Shown: piece by piece, positions 62,203 to 64,000 of the stretch
Numbering within the stretch: the stretch's first letter is position 1
Layout of the letters: every line of letters begins with the position of its first letter
Source: Candidatus Eiseniibacteriota bacterium
Lineage (GTDB): Bacteria > Eisenbacteria > RBG-16-71-46 > SZUA-252
Direction of reading: 5' to 3'
NCBI GenBank assembly: GCA_963703225.1
Contig: OY969801.1
Span: 544,001 to 608,000 of the forward strand
Length of the DNA: 64,000 nt
Notes under the pieces: model-generated
What the model was told of the DNA's origin: nothing
Seen by the model: the letters and a program-made list of their open reading frames with translations, nothing else
Database searches by the model: none
Position numbers and translations under genes: made by a program

Positions 62203-63709
62203 ATGGGGAGAATGGCGAAGGCATTTGCTATCATCGGCATGCAAGCTCCAAGGACACTTTCCCTGGGGCGCGCGTTGTGCTGCGGGCTGATCGCCGTCTC
62301 AACGTGGGTGGCAGGTCCCAGCCGGTCTCCCGCCTCCGAGCCTGCCAATTCCGAGGCGGGAGGCGAGAGCTTCTGGTTGCCGCTTCCGGTGGAGGAGATC
62401 GAGACGCCCGAAGAGTTGGACGGGGCGCGCATCGGCGGCACAGGGTTCCTTGCTCGCGCCGCGATTCGTGAAGACGGCGCGCGGGTGCGCCACATCGCGG
62501 CAGCGCGCCAAGGCCGGTCGGTCCGAACCGAGGTGTCGGTCCTGGGCGGCGTGGACGCGCCCGAGGCCATCACGCTCGCGGTGGGAGCACCCCGGTCCGG
62601 GTTCGGCGTGGTTCTCGGGCGCGTGACCGTTCGCGCGGCGGGCATGCCGTTCGCCGAGGCGGTCGGCTTCTCGCGCCGAGCGGCGCGGGTCCCCGTGGCG
62701 CGTGCGGGAATACCGCTCCTCGAAGCGGCGACGGGTGCGTTCTCTCCCGCGATCGAGGCGTTGGGTATCCGGCGCGAGGCCCGCCCCGGCTCTTCGCTCC
62801 CTGGCGCCTGGGCTCTTGCGGGCCATCGGATCGCGGACGGAGCGCCCGTCGGCGCCGCTGGGTTGGGCTGTTCGGCGGGTTGGGGAGCGTGGAGCGTCGC
62901 GGCCGGCGCGGTTCGCGGAGCCGCCGCGGCGGCGGTCGCGGCCGAATGGCGATCCGGCGTTGCGACCGCGTCCTCCGAGATGAGCGTCGCCCGAAACGGC
63001 ACCTCGGCGCTCCTCTCGTTGGAGAGCGGCGGAGAGTCGATCCGGATTCACGGCCGGTGGCGCTATCGAAGCTCCGACGCGCGCCCTGTCGCATGCGAGC
63101 TGACGGCCGAAACCGGCGCCCGTCGGGCGCGCGGCCGGGTGCGCGTGATCGAGGGCCCGTCGGGCTCGGTCGGAACGGTCGATCGCGTGGAGATCGAGGG
63201 GTCGGTATCGCCCATCGGCACCGGGCCAGTTTTGCTCCGAGCGGGCCGCTCCCACACCGAGGGCTTTTCGGCCTCGGAGGGGGTGACGGTCCGCCGCGAG
63301 CGATACGCGGTTCTCGACGCGACGGTCGCGCGCGTCGAGGGGCGTCGGCTCTCCATTCTGGCCAGCCGGCGCGAGCGCGCGGTCGCGGGCGGCGGTCGGT
63401 TGGGATCGAGCCTCGGCGCGCGCCTCGAGTTGACGTGGCGGCGACGAGGCCGCTTGGAGTTGTTCGCGGAAGCGACGCGCGCCGACCCGGCGGGCGGAGC
63501 AGCGTGGGAAAGCGGTCTCTACGCGGGCGGCGCGACCTCGCTACGGACCCGCACGCGATCGGGTGTCGCTGCTTCGGCGCGCGGATCGATTCGCGTCGGG
63601 CCGGTGGAATTTGGGCGGGCTCCTGGAAGGCCGCGAGGACGCGACCGGAAGGCAGGCGACCGCCGCCACGATCTGGATTCAACGTACGCTGTCCGCCTCG
63701 CCACGGTAG
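62203..63709 (+). CDS. Hypothetical exported beta-strand-rich protein (missing from ORF track; frameshift near 63600)
   Basis: Frame 1 is open from ATG 62203 (MGRMAKAFAIIG...LCCGLIAVSTW...) to the window end. A +1 shift gives RWNLGGLLEG...IWIQRTLSASPR* at 63709. Confidence 0.5.
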
Positions 63710-63754
63710 AAACGGCGCGGCGGCGCCATTCGACTCGGACGGGGGGTGCTCCAA

Positions 63755-64000
63755 ATGCGCTACGCGGACCGGATGAAGATCCTGGGAACAGAGACCGCCT
63801 TCGAGGTGCTCGCGAAGGCGAGGGCGCTCGAGGCCGCCGGGAAAACGATCGTCCACCTGGAGATCGGCGAGCCCGACTTCGACACGCCGGCTCCGATCCG
63901 GGCCGCCGCGGTGCGCGCCCTCGAGGAGGGCTTCACCCACTACGGTCCTTCCGCCGGGCTCCCCGAAGTGCGCGAATCGATCGCCGCGTTCATCTCCAAG
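63755..64000 (+). CDS. PLP-dependent aminotransferase class I/II (3' partial)
   Basis: MRYADRMKILGTETAFEVLAKARALEAAGKTIVHLEIGEPDFDTP...THYGPSAGLPEVRE. Confidence 0.9.
   Translation, partial: MRYADRMKILGTETAFEVLAKARALEAAGKTIVHLEIGEPDFDTPAPIRAAAVRALEEGFTHYGPSAGLPEVRESIAAFISK

Overview
GC-rich chromosome segment from a diderm bacterium. The many proteins with FlgD-Ig/T9SS-type C-terminal domains (CTDs) and PorV-like barrels suggest an FCB-adjacent candidate phylum such as Ca. Eisenbacteria/Latescibacteria (inference only). 1-21.9 kb is housekeeping: lysC end, tolA-tolB-pal-cpoB, methyltransferase, clpB, PTS IIA, TolB-like lipoprotein, vanZ, hisS-aspS, LysM, phoH-pgpH-like-ybeY-DUF502-recO-glyQ-glyS. 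21.9-36.1 kb is a visibly lower-GC surface-protein block: a 1273-aa CTD protein behind a near-consensus sigma70 promoter and a ~430-nt structured leader, three related lipoproteins, and two more CTD proteins. 36.2-44.6 kb holds ALDH, asparaginase II, ppdK, GT2, a pentaheme cytochrome c and a CDP-alcohol transferase. The best candidate for an undescribed system is 44.6-57.1 kb, a sigma54-type promoter with an upstream palindrome in front of four translationally coupled genes: (1) a 2404-aa Ig-repeat CTD adhesin, (2) a PorV-like barrel fused to TPRs, (3) a membrane sensor with RsbW-type kinase + HAMP + SpoIIE phosphatase + an IS481-transposase-like double HTH, and (4) a STAS protein whose related HTH tail is hidden by a frameshift. 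No sigma factor gene is adjacent. The window ends with a vWA protein, a lamin-tail/CTD protein, two barrel-like ORFs and the start of an aminotransferase. About nine genes carry frameshifts, including essential hisS, most likely sequencing indels. No tRNA, rRNA, CRISPR or intact mobile element was seen.
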